A stretch of 64,000 bases of DNA from Anthoceros angustus (GCA_010909165.1 VJWM01000044.1:248001-312000); one strand, 5' to 3'; shown: positions 12,593-26,011, numbered from the stretch's first letter. Translations and numbers: made by a program. Notes: a model not told the origin generated them from the sequence alone.

Positions 12593-13240
12593 TGTACACT
12601 TTAACAAGCTACCTATTATTGGCGACTTTCCCGATGGCTTACCACGGACAATCCACGTGTCGCTGTTGTAAGGAGTCCGCTCCCAAGGAATGATAGGCTC
12701 TACACGCTTCAATCGCTTCTCACCTCACTTAGTGGCGCTTCACCCACACTACATTCATCCTTTTACGCTAACTACCCCTAACGCTCAATTTCAATGTGCC
12801 CTGTGGCCACGTTTGGACCCTGTTGGTCGAGATTATTCGGATGCACCGTCCTCTAGTCCGGTTCCTCTCACCATTCTCCACACTCGTCGTTCTTTGGGAA
12901 AAATGCGGTGGCTACGTGATCCGGACCTCCTCCGCTGCCTCGCCAGCCTCCGTCCGGCCTAGCCCCTCCTGGAGTTCCTCCGCTCCTGCTCACAGAGCGC
13001 TAGGTCATTTGAGAACGAGCAAAGGGTCCTTAGTCGCTCTTCCCGCACACTACCACACGTTAGGGGTCCGACCAGACCTTGATCAATCTCTTGGGGTTGC
13101 CGTGCTCGCTAGTGACTCGTGACTTCACGTTAGCAAGAAGACACACAAGGTGCAAAAGGAAACGCGCATCAACACCAAGAGAGGGTACTTTTACTTAGAG
13201 CAAACGCCTTCTTATACTACGCAAGGTGGCCTTTATTACA
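12593..13240 (-). repeat. Probable 3' LTR of Gypsy family A
   Basis: Reads TGTACAC...CTTTATTACA on the plus strand. Its reverse complement matches 37544-38190 and 60282-60899. The PPT is weak, so both boundaries are tentative. Confidence 0.55.
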
Positions 13241-13264
13241 CTTATTACGGGATGATGGCTCAAA

Positions 13265-13521
13265 TGAAGGATCGTGGGCAAAATGGCGTCGGTGGAAGGA
13301 GGAGAGAGAGAGGAGGCAAGAGTAGCTCTCTCACATTGAGATGAGGCTTGGAGGTATTTATACCTCCAATAGGGCTCCTAGGAAGCTCCACAAGAAGCTC
13401 CTAGGAAGGAGCACAAGAAGCTTCCTAGTGATTAGCTTAAGCTAAACTAATGATACTTAATCGACACCTAACTTAGACTAAGTGTATTAGTCTAAGTACA
13501 TTGGGCTTTAATACCCTTACA
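13265..13521 (-). repeat. Copia 3' LTR
   Basis: TG...CA, ~257 bp, direct repeat of 18168-18414. Confidence 0.93.
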
Positions 13522-13549
13522 ACCTCCCACTTAAAGGCCAATTTACCTT

Positions 13550-16500
13550 CAGAGGAGAATGGACTATCTCATGCCCATCGCTGTCCGAGCTTGTGCAAAT
13601 TGTTCGTAGAGAGTCCCTTGGTAAGAATATCTCAGGTTCGCCGGTGTGAACCTTGACAAGTTGTACCTCTTGTCGTCCAACACCTCTCGAATGAAGTGAT
13701 ATCACATCCACATGTTTAGTCTTCGCATGAAACATGGATTCTTTGCCAATTGATAGCACTGCTATCACAATGCAACACCGGCACAACCTTGATCCCCAAG
13801 TCTCCCACTAAACGAGCAAGCCATATGGCTTCCTTGCAAGCCTCGCTGTCGCAACATACTCGGCCTGTGTGGTAGATAGCGAATGCACGATCGCAAACGA
13901 GATCGCCATGAGATCGCCTCCAAAGGCACATGAAGACATAACTCGATGTGGACCTCCTTTTGTCCATATCCTCATAATCGATCTGTACCCAACCACACAT
14001 GCATCTTCACTACCAAAACATATGCACAAAGCTTTTGTACCATTCGTATACCTCATAACTCCTTTTATCGCCTCCCAATGCTTCTTGCCGTGGTTTGACA
14101 TAAACCTCGCTAACCACTCCCACCGCAAAGGCAATGTCGACGTAGCAATCATTGCATACATCAAACTCCCTACCGATGAGTATGGGACCTTCTCCATTTC
14201 AGCTTTTGTCCTCCTCGTAGCTTAATGCTTGAAAGTTTCCACATATGGAGGCAATACGCACCAATGGCTTCCCAAGTCCAAACATTCAATGCATTCTCCT
14301 CAAAGTTCAAAGAATTAGCATATCATCCACATAGAGGATCAAATGAGCAAGCTTTGATCCTTAGCTTGCTTCAGATAGAGGCAATGATCCTCATCGCCAC
14401 GCTTGTAGCCTTGAGAAAGCATAAATGAGTGGAACTTGTGATACCACTGGTGCCTGCTTCAAACCATAAAGGCTCTTCCTCAACCTCGCATACAATGCTC
14501 TTTGCCCTTCTCAACAAAACCTTCTCGTTGTCGCATGTAGACGCCCTCTTGAAGGTCACCATGCAAGAATGCCGCCTTGACATCCATCCGCATAAGTTCC
14601 ATATCATCATCCTCGCAACCAAAGCAAGAACACATCGCAGTTGTCATTTTGACCATCGGTGAGAAAATCTCATCAAAGTCAATGCCGGTTGTTGCTTGAA
14701 ACCCTTAGCAACCAATGGCCTTGTACTTTGGTTTGCCATCAAGCGGTATGACCTTCATCTTGTACACCCATTTGCAGTGGTGCCTTATCCTTAAAGGAAC
14801 CAACTCCCAAGTTTGGTTCTTATGCAATTCATTTACATGCATGGCCTTCTCCACTTCTCTTTGTTACTCGACATGAGCCTCTTTGTAAGAAGAGGGTTCC
14901 CACAATCTGTCGGTAACATAATCCGAGATGGATCATCATAGCCGGGAGGTCGTGTAATCTGCACGACCTGACACAGCACCTCTATAGGAGCTTGTTCGAC
15001 TCTTGGTTCATCTACGGTGGAGGAATGTGCTCGCACATTACCACAGTTTGCCCATGATGATCATGTCCATCTTCTTGGAAGATCACCCTTCGCACCTCCA
15101 CGGTTGGAGTAGGCTTCATCTTGTTCTCATTGAAGAACACGTCGTTAGTACGAACAACCTTTCTAGCCTCTGGATCCCACAAAGCGGTATCCCATCTCAC
15201 GAATCACCATAGCCAAGAAAAATACATTTCTTGGACTTAGGTGCCAACTTGAAACTCTTTTGGAACATGGCGGTATGCCTCACGCCAAACACTCGCAGAT
15301 GCTTGTAGGATGGTTTCTTTCCGGACCATAGCTCCTCTGGAACTGCTCATCATGACCTTATTAGGAGATCTGTTAATAAGATGAATGCGATGAACCACGC
15401 CCAAAACCCATTAGGCAATCCGAGTTTGACAAACCGCATCCTCTCACGAATGGTTACATTCATCCTCGACACCATTTTGTGGAGGTATCTGGGATCAATT
15501 CTCTTTTGATTCCCTTGGAATCACGAATGACGAAAGCTTTCGAAACATACTCGCCACCATTATCGTCTTAGACACTTCAATCGGTGGCGGTGATTCTCTA
15601 CAAGGGTGACAAATTTACGAAACACCGTCGAACTTCATCCTTTTTCCTCAAAGGATAAACCCACACCTTGCGTGAAATCATCTATGAAAGTGACAAAATA
15701 GGAGGCACCGCCTAATGATGCACGATGAGCATAGGTCACACATCTGAACCAACTCAAGAGGTTTACTTCTACTTTTACCTCGTGTTCGATGTGATGATTT
15801 TGTCATTTCCCATATAAACTCACATCGAGAGATCGAGAAGTTAAACGAGGATATAACGAGCGAGATAAAACCTTCATTCCCTTCGAGACATATGTCCTAA
15901 GCAATGCCACAAGGAAACATTTGGTTTCTGTCACAGATCACATGATCTTTGCGGTGTTTACACAAGTGAGTACAAAGTGCCACACTTGATCCACGAGCTA
16001 ACACAAGAGAACCTTTGGAGATCTTCCAAGAGTGATCCCCAAAACCAGTGGTAACCGACATCATCCAAGCGCTAATCATGCTCTTTGTCAACTTGAACAT
16101 ACTAACGTCCTTGGCATGAATGAAGATCCGTTGTCAAACTTGAGTTGCACATCACCTCGCTGCGATCGGCATGCATAGTTATTTCCAAGCCTAACGCATC
16201 CTTTCCTTGTAGCATCATACGTGCTAAACCACTCTCTATGCGGAGTAACATGGAAAGATGCACCAGAGTCAATTATCCAATTGCAGAATAAATGACTATC
16301 CACGGCTGTTAATTGTGCAGCATTCAAGTAAGAAGAGATAAGGACATCTCCGTCCTCAACAGAGTTTAACTCTTCCAACCTGACAGACGAAGTCGCCTTC
16401 TTGTCGTCCTGCTTCTTCTCTTTTCCTTGGTCCTTTTTGAACTTCTCGCACTCTCTTTTGAAGTGACCCCTTTTGTGACAATAGTGACACTCCACATTCT

Positions 16501-17146
16501 TGTTACGACTACGAGATTTGCTACGAGAGAAGCTTCTGTCCGGTTGCTTCCCCTTCGCAGTGGACCTCCCTCTCACTATGAGGGCACTGGAACCTTTGGA
16601 AGGTTCCATGTTTTCATTCACCTCCTCGGTTAACAGGCCTTCTACATTTACAATGGTAAGACCACTAGCGAGGCGAAATTACTCAGGCTGTCGAAAGGTA
16701 TCCCAACTCTCGGTAATGTGACCAACATAGCTCTCACGGAAGGGGCGTGATACCTTGAGATGAGGTGGCTGAAAATGGTATTGAAATCATTCGGATGATC
16801 GGACATCCTCGTCCCTTCCTTCATCTTCAAGTCCACCAATTTGTTTCAACCAACACGAAGCCGCACTTTGCTTCTCATACAGTCCTGACACGCCACGATC
16901 CGTAACTCGTGGTCTTATCTTTCACATTGAAGTACATTTTTGACAATGTTAGCATGATAGTAGATCTAGCAAGCTCATCCAGTCCGCCACTCATCACAGT
17001 CATACTATACGGTTTGGCCTAACAACTTTATGGGCTTGATACGCTTTTTACGCACTAGAACATTATACACTTGTTCTTTCGAGCGGGAAGTTAGTACCAT
17101 CTAACTACCGATATTGAACATGAGCGTTTTCGGATGAAGACATCAT
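13550..17146 (-). pseudogene. Copia gag-pol (gag, CCHC knuckle, protease, integrase, RT, RNase H), frameshifted
   Basis: VECHYCHKRGHFKRECEK; WIIDSGASFHVTPHREWFSTY; LWDPEARKVVRTNDVFFNE; MEKVPYSSVGSLMYAM; DYEDMDKRRSTSSYVF; LSTTQAEYVA; FHAKTKHVDV. Confidence 0.93.
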
Positions 17147-17299
17147 GACTCAAAAATCGTCTGATTAAACACTCAACTCGCCTTGTTAGAAAAGTCAAAG
17201 AAAAGCGATCAAATGCGGTCCTGTATTTTTTGTTCCACGAGTAATCCGCGAATCGTTCGAATTTTACGCTCCGGCGTTGGCACCCTCAATTACATCTTG

Positions 17300-18060
17300 C
17301 CCGCGTCACGCGCGTCGCACGCGTCACGCCCGCACCACCGCGGCGCCACCGGCGCGCCGCAGCCACACGCGCGCCGCGCCGGCCGGCGCGCGCCACTGCG
17401 CGCGGCGCCGCGCGCCTGCGCGCGCCCCAGCGCCCAGCCTGCCGCTGCGGCGCCGCGCGCCTGCCAGCGCGCCCCGCCTGCGGCGCGGCGCGCTGCAGCG
17501 CGCCTGCGCGCCCGCGCCAGGCGCCGCGCTGCGCGCCGCGCCCGCGCTGCGGCCGCCCAGCGCTCGCGCTGCGCGCCCGCCAGCTGCGCGCCCGCGCGCC
17601 AGCGCGCGCGCCCGCGCCCGCGCGCCTGCGGGCCGGCTGCGCGCCCGCGCGCTGCGGCCCGCGCCGCGCCCGCGGCGCCCAGGCGCCCCGCTGCGCGCCC
17701 GCGCGCCCCGCGGCGCGCTCCGCTGCGCCCGCGGCTGCGGGCCCAGCGGCGCGCCTGGCGCCCGGGCCCAGCTGCAGGCGCGCCGCGCGCCAGCGCGCCC
17801 GCGGCGCCCGCGCCCGCGGGCGGCTGCGCCGGGCGGCCGCTCCGCGCCAGCCCCGGTAGCCGCCCGGCGCGCCGCGCGCGCTCGCGCGCTGGCGCGAGGC
17901 GGCTGGCCGCGCGTCGGCGGCTGGCGGCGTCCAGCGTCTCGCGGCCGCCCGTCTGCGCTCCGCGCCCCGGCCCGGCCCGTGTCCACGGCCTCCGCCGTGC
18001 CGCCCGCCAGCCAAGGTCGCGGTCTTGCCTCGCTCACGGCCTCATCCCACTCGCGGCATC
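17300..18060. other. Extremely GC-rich, CpG-dense low-complexity tract in the Copia leader
   Basis: Almost entirely C and G in (GC)n, GCGCCC and GCGCCG variants, between the PBS and the gag start. Confidence 0.9.
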
Positions 18061-18167
18061 TTGCGGCGCTCGCGGCCCTGCGCGATCGGATCACATGCAA
18101 CTCCACGAGCTGCTGTCGGCCCAGCTAGAAAATTCTAGCATCACACAAACCAAAGGCTCGATGCGGT

Positions 18168-18414
18168 TGAAGGATCGTGTGCCATCTTTGGTGGAAGGAG
18201 GAGAGGAGAGGAGGAGGCAAGGTAGCTCTCTCACATTGAGATGAGGCTTGGAGGTATTTATACCCTCAATAGAACTCCTAGGAGCTCACAAGAAGCTCCT
18301 AGGAAGGAGCACAGAAGCTTCTAGTGATTAGCTTAAGCTAAAGCTAATGATATGTGACACCTAACTTAGACTAAGTGTATTAGTCTAAGTACATTGAGCT
18401 TTAATACCCTTACA
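18168..18414 (-). repeat. Copia 5' LTR
   Basis: TG...CA, direct repeat of 13265-13521. Confidence 0.93.
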
Positions 18415-18499
18415 TCGCAGTGTGCGGTAATCGTGCCACCATCTTCACGCCCCTCCCTATCTCCGTCGTGGCGGTGGGCTGAGATGCCCTTGGTTCAGC

Positions 18500-20900
18500 C
18501 TCGGCGTACGCCACTCCTTGCCTGGCTAAGGCGGGCGCCCCAATCGGATGATCGCGGTGAGCCCCTTCCCGAGACCACAAGCAGTTGGGCTCTGGCGGCG
18601 GCGGCCGCGTAACCACCATCTTCCTCCCGGCGTGGTGGGTCCCTCGTGGGGCCCGACCGCTGTTCCCCTGCTCGGTGAGTCGGAGGGTCCCCTCACCTCT
18701 GAGTCGGACCTCGAGTCCGGTCTCGACTCGAGTCGAACTTGAGGTTGACTTATTTCAGTCCGGTCTTCCAAGTCGGGTCTCATCTGCAGGGGTTGGACCT
18801 CGGTCCGAACTTGTCAGTCCGATCCTCAAGTCCGGACCCCAACCTCGGACCACCCTCTGGCCCAGGTCCGTCCTTGCCCGGTCCCTTCCATGGCTCGGAT
18901 CCGGTTGGTTTCCTCCTTCCTCACCTCCTTGGGACCTCGTCCCTATCCTCCATTGGTTCTGGTGGTCTTACCTCAGTCGGTTGTGTTGGCGCGTCACTGC
19001 TCCTCCAGGGGCTCTTCTCCCGCGCCGTCGTCCAAGCAGGCCACCAAGGCCCCGTCTCCCCATGCCCTTCGCCAGCCTTCGAGGTTCATCCGATTCAGCG
19101 GGAAGCTTCAATGCCTTGAGGAGCTCGGTGGTAGTAGCGAAATCCGAGTCGATTTGTGGATTGCCTCTTCCACATGCGAACACCGGTACTCCCTATAGGT
19201 GCTCCGGGAGGCGTCTTTGTCCGGCTTGATCCGTCTCCTGCCGGGTTTGTCGGTGGGCAGGCGAGTCTCGCGAGGCCACGAGGCCTGTTACCTCCTGCAA
19301 TTTGTTGATGCTCTGCTCCGGCTCCGTCGTTTCCGCTCATTTGCCATTACGCCATGGCACAGCGTTCCCCTCCGCTTCCATGCTGGACCAATGACTTCTT
19401 CTCTGCGTCAGGGCTCTTGCTCCTCCGTTCATTACGGCTGGGCTCCGCCATCTCCCTTCCAGGTATCCGGCAGATTCGATTCGCGCTTCATCGGGTTCTT
19501 CTCCATCGGCGGCGTCACTGCTCCTTGTTCCATCGCCTCTCGTCCCGCCAGGCTGAGCGCTCTATCTCGCTCGTGATCCGATCACGCCCGTAGAAACCCA
19601 GCTTTGCTCGATTGTCTCTTGGGCTGCGGCTCAAGGTTTCCTGCAGTCTTCCATCTCCTGCTTGCTCCTCCACCTTTGCAAGCGAGTCAGGAGATCCTCC
19701 ATCTCCTTGTGCTGGCCTCCTTCTCCTCCACCGGTGGCTAGCTCGCCGCCTCTGTTCCGCCTTGGGCTGCAGGCGGTCCCCGTCTCCTCCAGGTCCAGTC
19801 CCGGTAGTGATCACAGTCGGTTTAGCATGCTTCCGCCTCTCACGCCGCCTTCACACAGGCCTCCGGCTTGGTGTTCAGTTCCCTAGGCCGCCTCGGCCCG
19901 GTCCGCCCTCTCGCTTGCCTCGGCCTCCTCAGCTTCATACTGCCACCCCCTCCTTCGGAGGTCCTCTGCCCGTGCTTGGGCCTCCTGTGCGTGCTTCAGT
20001 TGTTCACACAACTGAAGGACCTTGGTCTGGTCCTGCCGAATGGACCAGACCTCCCGTTCTGCCTCCCGGCGCTTTCCCTCCTCAATTCGCGCGAGGGATT
20101 CCGCCTTCTTCTTCGCCTCCTGGGCCGCCTCCATCTGCTCCTGGAGGAGCACCATGCGCCTCCTTGTTGCCTCCACCTCCTAGGTCTTTCTGCCGTCCCA
20201 CAAAGACCCCAGAGCATACCGTCCATGTAGCCAAAACCATCATGTCTCTTCCACGGCCGCCCGCTGGTGAGGCACCCAAGAAGTCCGTCGTGTGCGGGCA
20301 TCTCCCGGATCCGCCAAGGACCGCCCATACCGATCAGGAGGCGGTCGGGGGTTCTCGGACCTAATCGGGACCCTTAGGTCACAGGTCTTTGGTCCGGAGC
20401 CTCACCTTCCTTGGCCCTCTTGGCCGCCAATTCCTTCTCCGCCCTCTTTCTCCTGGGGCTCGGAGGTGGTGAGGGAGTTCGGGAGCTAGCGCGTTTCCCT
20501 CTCCCCGTCGGAGACAGGACGGGCTCCGGATGTGGCTGCTGCCAGTGGCCCCCTGCCCCTTGGGCCGCGTCCCTCTCCGCTCGCCTTACTGCCTCCTCCG
20601 CCTCTTGCCACTCCGTGGGCAGAGGCAGAGGCACTGGTGCGCTCCTTGGCGCTTCGTCGGTGGGAGCCACCTTTCGCCTCTTATTTGATTCGTTTCGTCC
20701 CGTGGCTCATTTGCCGAGTTGTGGCAGATTCTTTGTTTGGCGGCGTCATGGCCGACTCCCTTCCGTGGGTGCACCCGCCGTCGCGGCCTGCTCCGTCTCC
20801 GGAACCAGAAGGAGGGAGGCGGGAATATCCTCCCATACCTCTGGGGCGTGAGTGTCCTCGCCCGCGCCCGAATCGCCGGTGCATGGCCTACTCCCCGCCT
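18500..20900 (-). pseudogene. 3' extra ORF of Gypsy family A (coiled-coil, Glu/Arg/Ala-rich), frameshifted
   Basis: MEATRRRMVLLQEQMEAAQEAKKKAESLARIEEGKRREAEREVWSIRQDQTKVLQLCEQL (19883-20176). Inverted DNA homology to 35100-37500 and 57800-60200. Lies downstream of integrase on the same strand. Confidence 0.6.
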
Positions 20901-21329
20901 TACGCCTCTTCCCGCACTAGCCTTACGCGCGCTGCACTGACCTTACGCCTCAAGGCGTACTCATTGAATACCGCCATATGACGGCCACCGCAACCCTGCG
21001 GTCCTCGTGCGATGCTCGTCCTCCTCTCAGTCCGTGCTGCACTCTAACTTCCGCTCCAACTACAAGTTACTTTACTTGGCGTACTTATCCGTTTTGATCC
21101 GGGGTCCGACTTATCCGATACTCGGTGCGTAGTCCGGAGGTCCTCGAGTGGGCTCAGGTCCGTTACCTACCCGAGTCGAGTGCGGAGATGCGTCCGAGTA
21201 CCATCCGTGCTTCTTCCTCCCTTTCGCCTTATTTTACACTCCATACCTACGAAAAAAACAAACCCAGCTTATTTCCTAACCCCAAGGAGGGTCCGTTGTC
21301 CACATACTCCCTTCTCATACATTGGCGTC

Positions 21330-24321
21330 TCGCCAACACTAGCATGTACTTCTTCACCTCCACCCGTTTACCGGGTGGGCAGATTCACCATCTAGCCGGA
21401 GTGAGCGGACCCATTCGGCGTACACTGCACTACAGTAGGCCCATCCGCCGTAAGTGAAGCTTGCCGGGAAGTGCATATGGCGTCGTAAGAAGGGCGGATC
21501 TCCTCCTTCACATACTCCACGCGGAGTCGCGGTCGTGCCATAGCTTTGATTTTGTACCGATTGCATTATGCTGCGCCTCTTCTCGGCCTTCCATTATCTT
21601 TGGACAAACCCTAGCGATCGCTCCGGTTGGCTTTCTTCATCAGTTAAGCGTCCCTCCATCATGACTCGGGCGTTGGTACCTCAAACTCCGAGCATAAGGC
21701 GAATGCCCATAGGTTAAGTAATACGGAGTTCGTTGTGTGGTTACCTTCTCCGCCGTCCTGAAGGCCCATAGCGCGGATGGTAACTTGGTATCCCAGTCGT
21801 GCGCATAGTTAACCGTAAGCTTATTCAGGATGCGGCAGATAAGTCCGTTGGTCTTCTCCGTTAACCCATTGGCCTTCGGGTTGTATGGTGCCGTCTTGCG
21901 ATGAGTTATACCAAAATAGTCCGTCATTGCAGTTATCACATCATTGAGGAAATGAGTTCCCCTATCGCTTACCAACTGCAACGGACACCCATACCGCGTG
22001 ATGATGTTCTCATAGAGGAACTTTGCCACTGTGCTTGCAGTCGTCCTTGTTGCCTGCCTCCACCCACGGGTCTGTCCGTTGCCACGGGATGTACCTCTTA
22101 TGTGTGCTTGTGGGTATAGGTCCGGAAGTCGATACCCCATTTCTCAAGCGGTGCTAGTGCGGTATGGGCACGGTGACCATTGCGTGGGTGGCTTCCCGAT
22201 CCGGCAAGCATCACATCTCTTCTGGCGGTGTGTTTCTCCATACATGGTGGGCCACGGTATCCGCCTCAAGATTTTCTTGGTGGTGACTGCTGTTGCATAA
22301 TGGCCACCGCCCAAGCCTTCATGCATCCCTTTTATGACTACCTCCGTTTCCGCCTGTTGAAGGTACCTACGCTCCACGCCGTCCGGTCCCACCTTAAAGA
22401 TACATCCATTGTACATCCTGAAGGGCCGAGCGTAGTGTACAAAGGCTTATTCTTGAGCAGTTTAACCCACTTGGAATCTCCATCTCCCCAGTCGTTCCGA
22501 CTCGCATGGGTGGGCGTCCTCTCCTCCCCTTCTGATTCCCGCATCCACAAGTTTGGGGTTCCTCGATTTGCTCCTCCTCCTGTGTCTCCTGCGGCCACCA
22601 ATTCCTCGTCCAGGAAGTCATCCTCCACGATCCCAGGGGCTCGTCTTCAACTGGACAAAAGTCGGCATTTTGGTGTTGCCTCCCTTGCACAGTCTCCACC
22701 TCAAGGTGAACTCCACAGGAATCCACCTGGTCGCGACAGTGCCTTATTCACCGGATGCTTGACGAGTGATCGACATAGAACACAAACTCGTTGGGCAGAA
22801 GGTAGTGCCTGAATTTCTTGACCGCGTATACCATTCCCAAGCCTCTCGCTCCGTAGTAGTGTACCTCCGTTCCGCATGCGTGAGCTGTCTTCCGGCATAG
22901 TAGATTGGATGATCCCTCCGCTTGTCGTCCTTTTGGCTGAGCACTACTCCGATGGCGAAGGCCGACACATCTACATACACATGGAATCTCTTACTCCAGT
23001 CCGGACCCTTTAATATTGGAGCGCTTATCAGGGTGATGTAGATCTCTGAATGCGCGTTCCTTTCTGGTGTCCAGGTCCACTCCTCCTCCTTCCTGAGTAA
23101 CTCCGTTAGCTTGGCGGGCTGCGAAGTCTGGATGAACGCTTTGTAATAACCCACCATGCCGAATCCCGGTTCCTTGATTAGGTGGGTGCGAGGCGGGAAT
23201 GACCGACCTTATCTTGGTCCACCTCTATCCCTCGCGCCGACACACGGTGTCCCAGCAGGATTCCCTCCGTCATTCAAAGTAGCATTTCTCGGATGTAGAC
23301 AGTGGGTTTCCTTACAACTCAAGCACTTAGTGCCCAGCGTGCTTGTCTTCCTCTCCATGTCAGTCGTCCAGGAATACCTCCATGAAGTCCCTCAGAAAAT
23401 CCCTGAAGACGTTGGTCACCATCCGCATGAATGATCCGGGTGCTCCTGTCATCCCAAAGGCGCTTTGCTTGTAAGCGAACGTTCCCCACTCCGTGGTGAA
23501 CGTTGTCTTATCCCAGTCCGACTCCCTTAGGTGCAGTTGGTTGTAGCCGGAGTATCCATCCAAGAAGGAGTAAGTACTCCGTCCTGCCACCTTGTCCAGT
23601 ATGTCGTCCACGAAGGGCATGGGGAAATGGTCCTTCTCGGTAGCGGCGTTGAGTTTCCTCAATCACAGCAGACATGGATCGCCCTTGCATTTCTTAGGCA
23701 CGGCGGATGGGTGCTACCCATTGTTGTTCACGATTGGAAAGATGATGTCCGCCTCAAATATTTGTCCGGGACCTCCTTGACCTTGGCGAGTGCTTGGGAT
23801 TCGATTTATCTTGTCGAATCCGAGCAGCGCTCAGTCTATCCGTGTTTGCTTGTTTGAATGCCTTTCATATCTTGAAAGCAAACACCTCATGAATTCCCCA
23901 ACAAGCGTGAGGTCTCGCTTCAACTCGTGGCATACCCTTGAATTTTAGGAATTTTTCGGGCGGACCTCACGTCTTCACATCGTCGGGATTGGCCGTCTCC
24001 CTTTCCCTTGCCCGCTCGCGCCCAAAGCCATCATCCTCCATCCGGTTCATCCTCACGCATCCCCACTCTCGGAAAAGCTTCGTAGGTAAACCGGGTCACT
24101 TCTTGAGGTCCTCCACCTCCTCGTTGGTGGGTCTCCTCCTTGCCCTCGTCCTCCCGCAGCGCGCCTCTACTGAAACAATTGACCACCTCCGCTCCAAAGT
24201 GTCCTCCTTGGTAGTCCATCTCTTCTTGAACCACGAGATTTTGGAAAGGGATAGTCACATCATTCGTATCCTCGCTCATCGTCCCCTGTCAAGTGAGTGC
24301 CCCTCGTAAAATTCTACGGTT
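21330..24321 (-). pseudogene. Ty3/Gypsy pol (RT, RNase H, integrase), non-chromovirus Athila-like, family A
   Basis: RKLNAATEKDHFPMPFVDDILDKVAG...FLDGYSGYNQ...FMEVFLDD (RT); FHVYVDVSAFAIGVVLSQ...AERRYTTTERE (RH); MHEGLGGGHYA...CDAC (Zn finger); LVSDRGTHFLN...APYNPKANGLTEKTN (rve). I saw no second RNase H and no chromodomain. Confidence 0.95.
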
Positions 24322-24494
24322 TGTTAGAGATAATAAGTAAACGTTAATATTATTTAGTGTCCTAATTATCTAGGCCATAGGGTTTAGCGAAGAGTCACTT
24401 TTCCTAGTATTTAAACACCCATGCCTTATGGCCTTGTTAACCTAATTCATTTGTTCTTAATTACAAGCTTCCGCTCTCGCTACACTTTCCAACA
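24322..24494 (+). repeat. Short Copia 5' LTR (173 bp)
   Basis: TGTTAGAGAT...TTCCAACA, followed directly by the PBS. Confidence 0.95.
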
Positions 24495-24506
24495 TGGTAT
24501 CAGAGC
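24495..24506 (+). promoter_or_regulatory. Primer-binding site (tRNA-Met initiator)
   Basis: TGGTATCAGAGC immediately after the LTR. Confidence 0.95.
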
Positions 24507-25558
24507 CTACACCATGCTTATGATCCTCCGGGAGTCTAAGGGAGATGCCATGGCCAGCCATCGTGAGAAGTTCTCAACATGGAGTTGCCGTGGCATATGA
24601 AGCAAGGCATGTATGCGCCTCGACGGAGAATGACCCGAGCCTACAATAGCCTTGTGCACCGCCGTGAGGCTCCATCCGTTCGTTCGGGCCCACCATCTCG
24701 GTGATGCGGAGCATTTCTTCACAATTTCTACCAAGTGATCTGGACACAAGCAAGCTTGACCTCATTTACCAATTACACTGCGAGACATGATGTCTGTGAA
24801 TTCCATGGCCTGAATTCAACAAAATTATACGAGAATTGAAGGCCTCCCTCCGCCGCATCGAAGCCATCTTGATGCGTGTGTGCCTGCAAATCGTGATTTG
24901 GCCTGCAATTCCGGGCGGGAGGAGCGGCAATTCTCGCCTCCCTCACCCTCAGCCGCGAGCCAAGAGAGGCAACGCCCTCACCTCAGCGTGAACGGAGCGC
25001 CCCAGCGGCCCATATAGAGTGCGCCCGGAGGGGCTGTACCCCGGCTTAGTGCATAGGCGGTGCACCGCGGAACACCCCAGCGGTGGGCACAGACGGTGCG
25101 CCCCCGCGAGGCGACCCTCCCATCGCATCCCAAGTCGGCTCAGGCCGGACATCGGGGCGTGTGGAGGCCCTCCCCGCGCCTGTGGCGTGGCGGAGGGCAG
25201 GCGAGCCCCGGCACGCCGTGGTCCGAAGCGCCATGGTGCCCCTCGGACGCGCCGCGTAGCCCGCGCCCGCGCGCCCGCCGACGGGCCGCGCCCAGGAACG
25301 CCTGCGTCTCAATCTCGAAGCAATCAATGCTTCGCGCGTGTGAATGGCGTGGCATGCCATGCCTCGCCCATCACGATGCTCTCTCATCGTGGTATACTTT
25401 AAACGCAACACCATGTACAGGTCCATACAGGATGTCACTGCCGTATTTTGCCCAGACCGCGTATACGCACCCACCACGAGGTTGTGATGTAAACCAACCA
25501 TGCTTGATTTTAGAACCGTGCTGCGAGAGTATGAGCGCGGGTGTCTTAAACAAACCAT

Positions 25559-25655
25559 CCCAAAGACAAACAGATTAACTAAACCAAGCACCCAAAGACA
25601 AACAGTTAACCTAAACCAAGCACCCAAAGACAAACACATTAACCTAAACCAAGCA
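25559..25655 (+). repeat. Tandem repeat, ~32-bp unit x3, just inside the left TIR
   Basis: CCCAAAGACAAACA(G/C)(A)TTAAC(C)TAAACCAAGCA repeated. Confidence 0.85.
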
Positions 25656-26011
25656 TTCGGCAAGCGTGCTCCGTCCATGGAGTGTCCGTGAAGGTGCAAT
25701 TTCAGGGCTTGGTCAATTACCAGAATCTAACTTGGCGGTTTTGAAGGATTTGAAGATTGCCTACATTCCATGGAATAGAGTAGAAGATTTCATTTCGGTG
25801 AAGGCTTCAAATGTGCTGCAAGTTTCTATCGGAAGGATTCAAAGACTCAAAATTCACTACCACCACCAATTGTGCCGTCCTTAGACACGCAATCACATAT
25901 ATCGTGCTACGCAACTTCCAAGTTCTCTACACTAATTTCCACGACCATTTGGGTTTCTGGCTTGGTGGCCTCTGTCCATGTGCTTTCTTTGCCTTAAGTT
26001 GAAGCCAAATC

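Larger units (their letters stand above)
13265..18414 (-). mobile_element. Full-length Ty1/Copia LTR retrotransposon (Tork/Tnt1-like) inserted into the 3' region of Gypsy family A
   Basis: LTRs 13265-13521 and 18168-18414 (TGAAGGATCG...CCCTTACA). PPT at 13522-13536 (rc AAGTGGGAG) and a degenerate Met-i PBS at ~18155-18167. Joined flanks give sequence colinear with 37480-37560 and 60200-60300. The 5-bp flanks TCAAA and TCGCA match only partly. Confidence 0.93.

Noticed and set aside
17183-18244. Long Ala/Arg/Pro-rich ORFs (up to 353 aa) on both strands
   Set aside because: They result from the stop-free GC tract in the Copia leader and have no domain signal.
13260-18419. Perfect TSD for the Tork-like Copia
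   Set aside because: The flanks are TCAAA and TCGCA, so no TSD is claimed. The insertion is supported by flank colinearity instead.
24495-24506. tRNA genes at PBS-like sequences (also 51348-51364)
   Set aside because: These are short complements of tRNA 3' ends next to LTRs, i.e. primer-binding sites; there is no cloverleaf.
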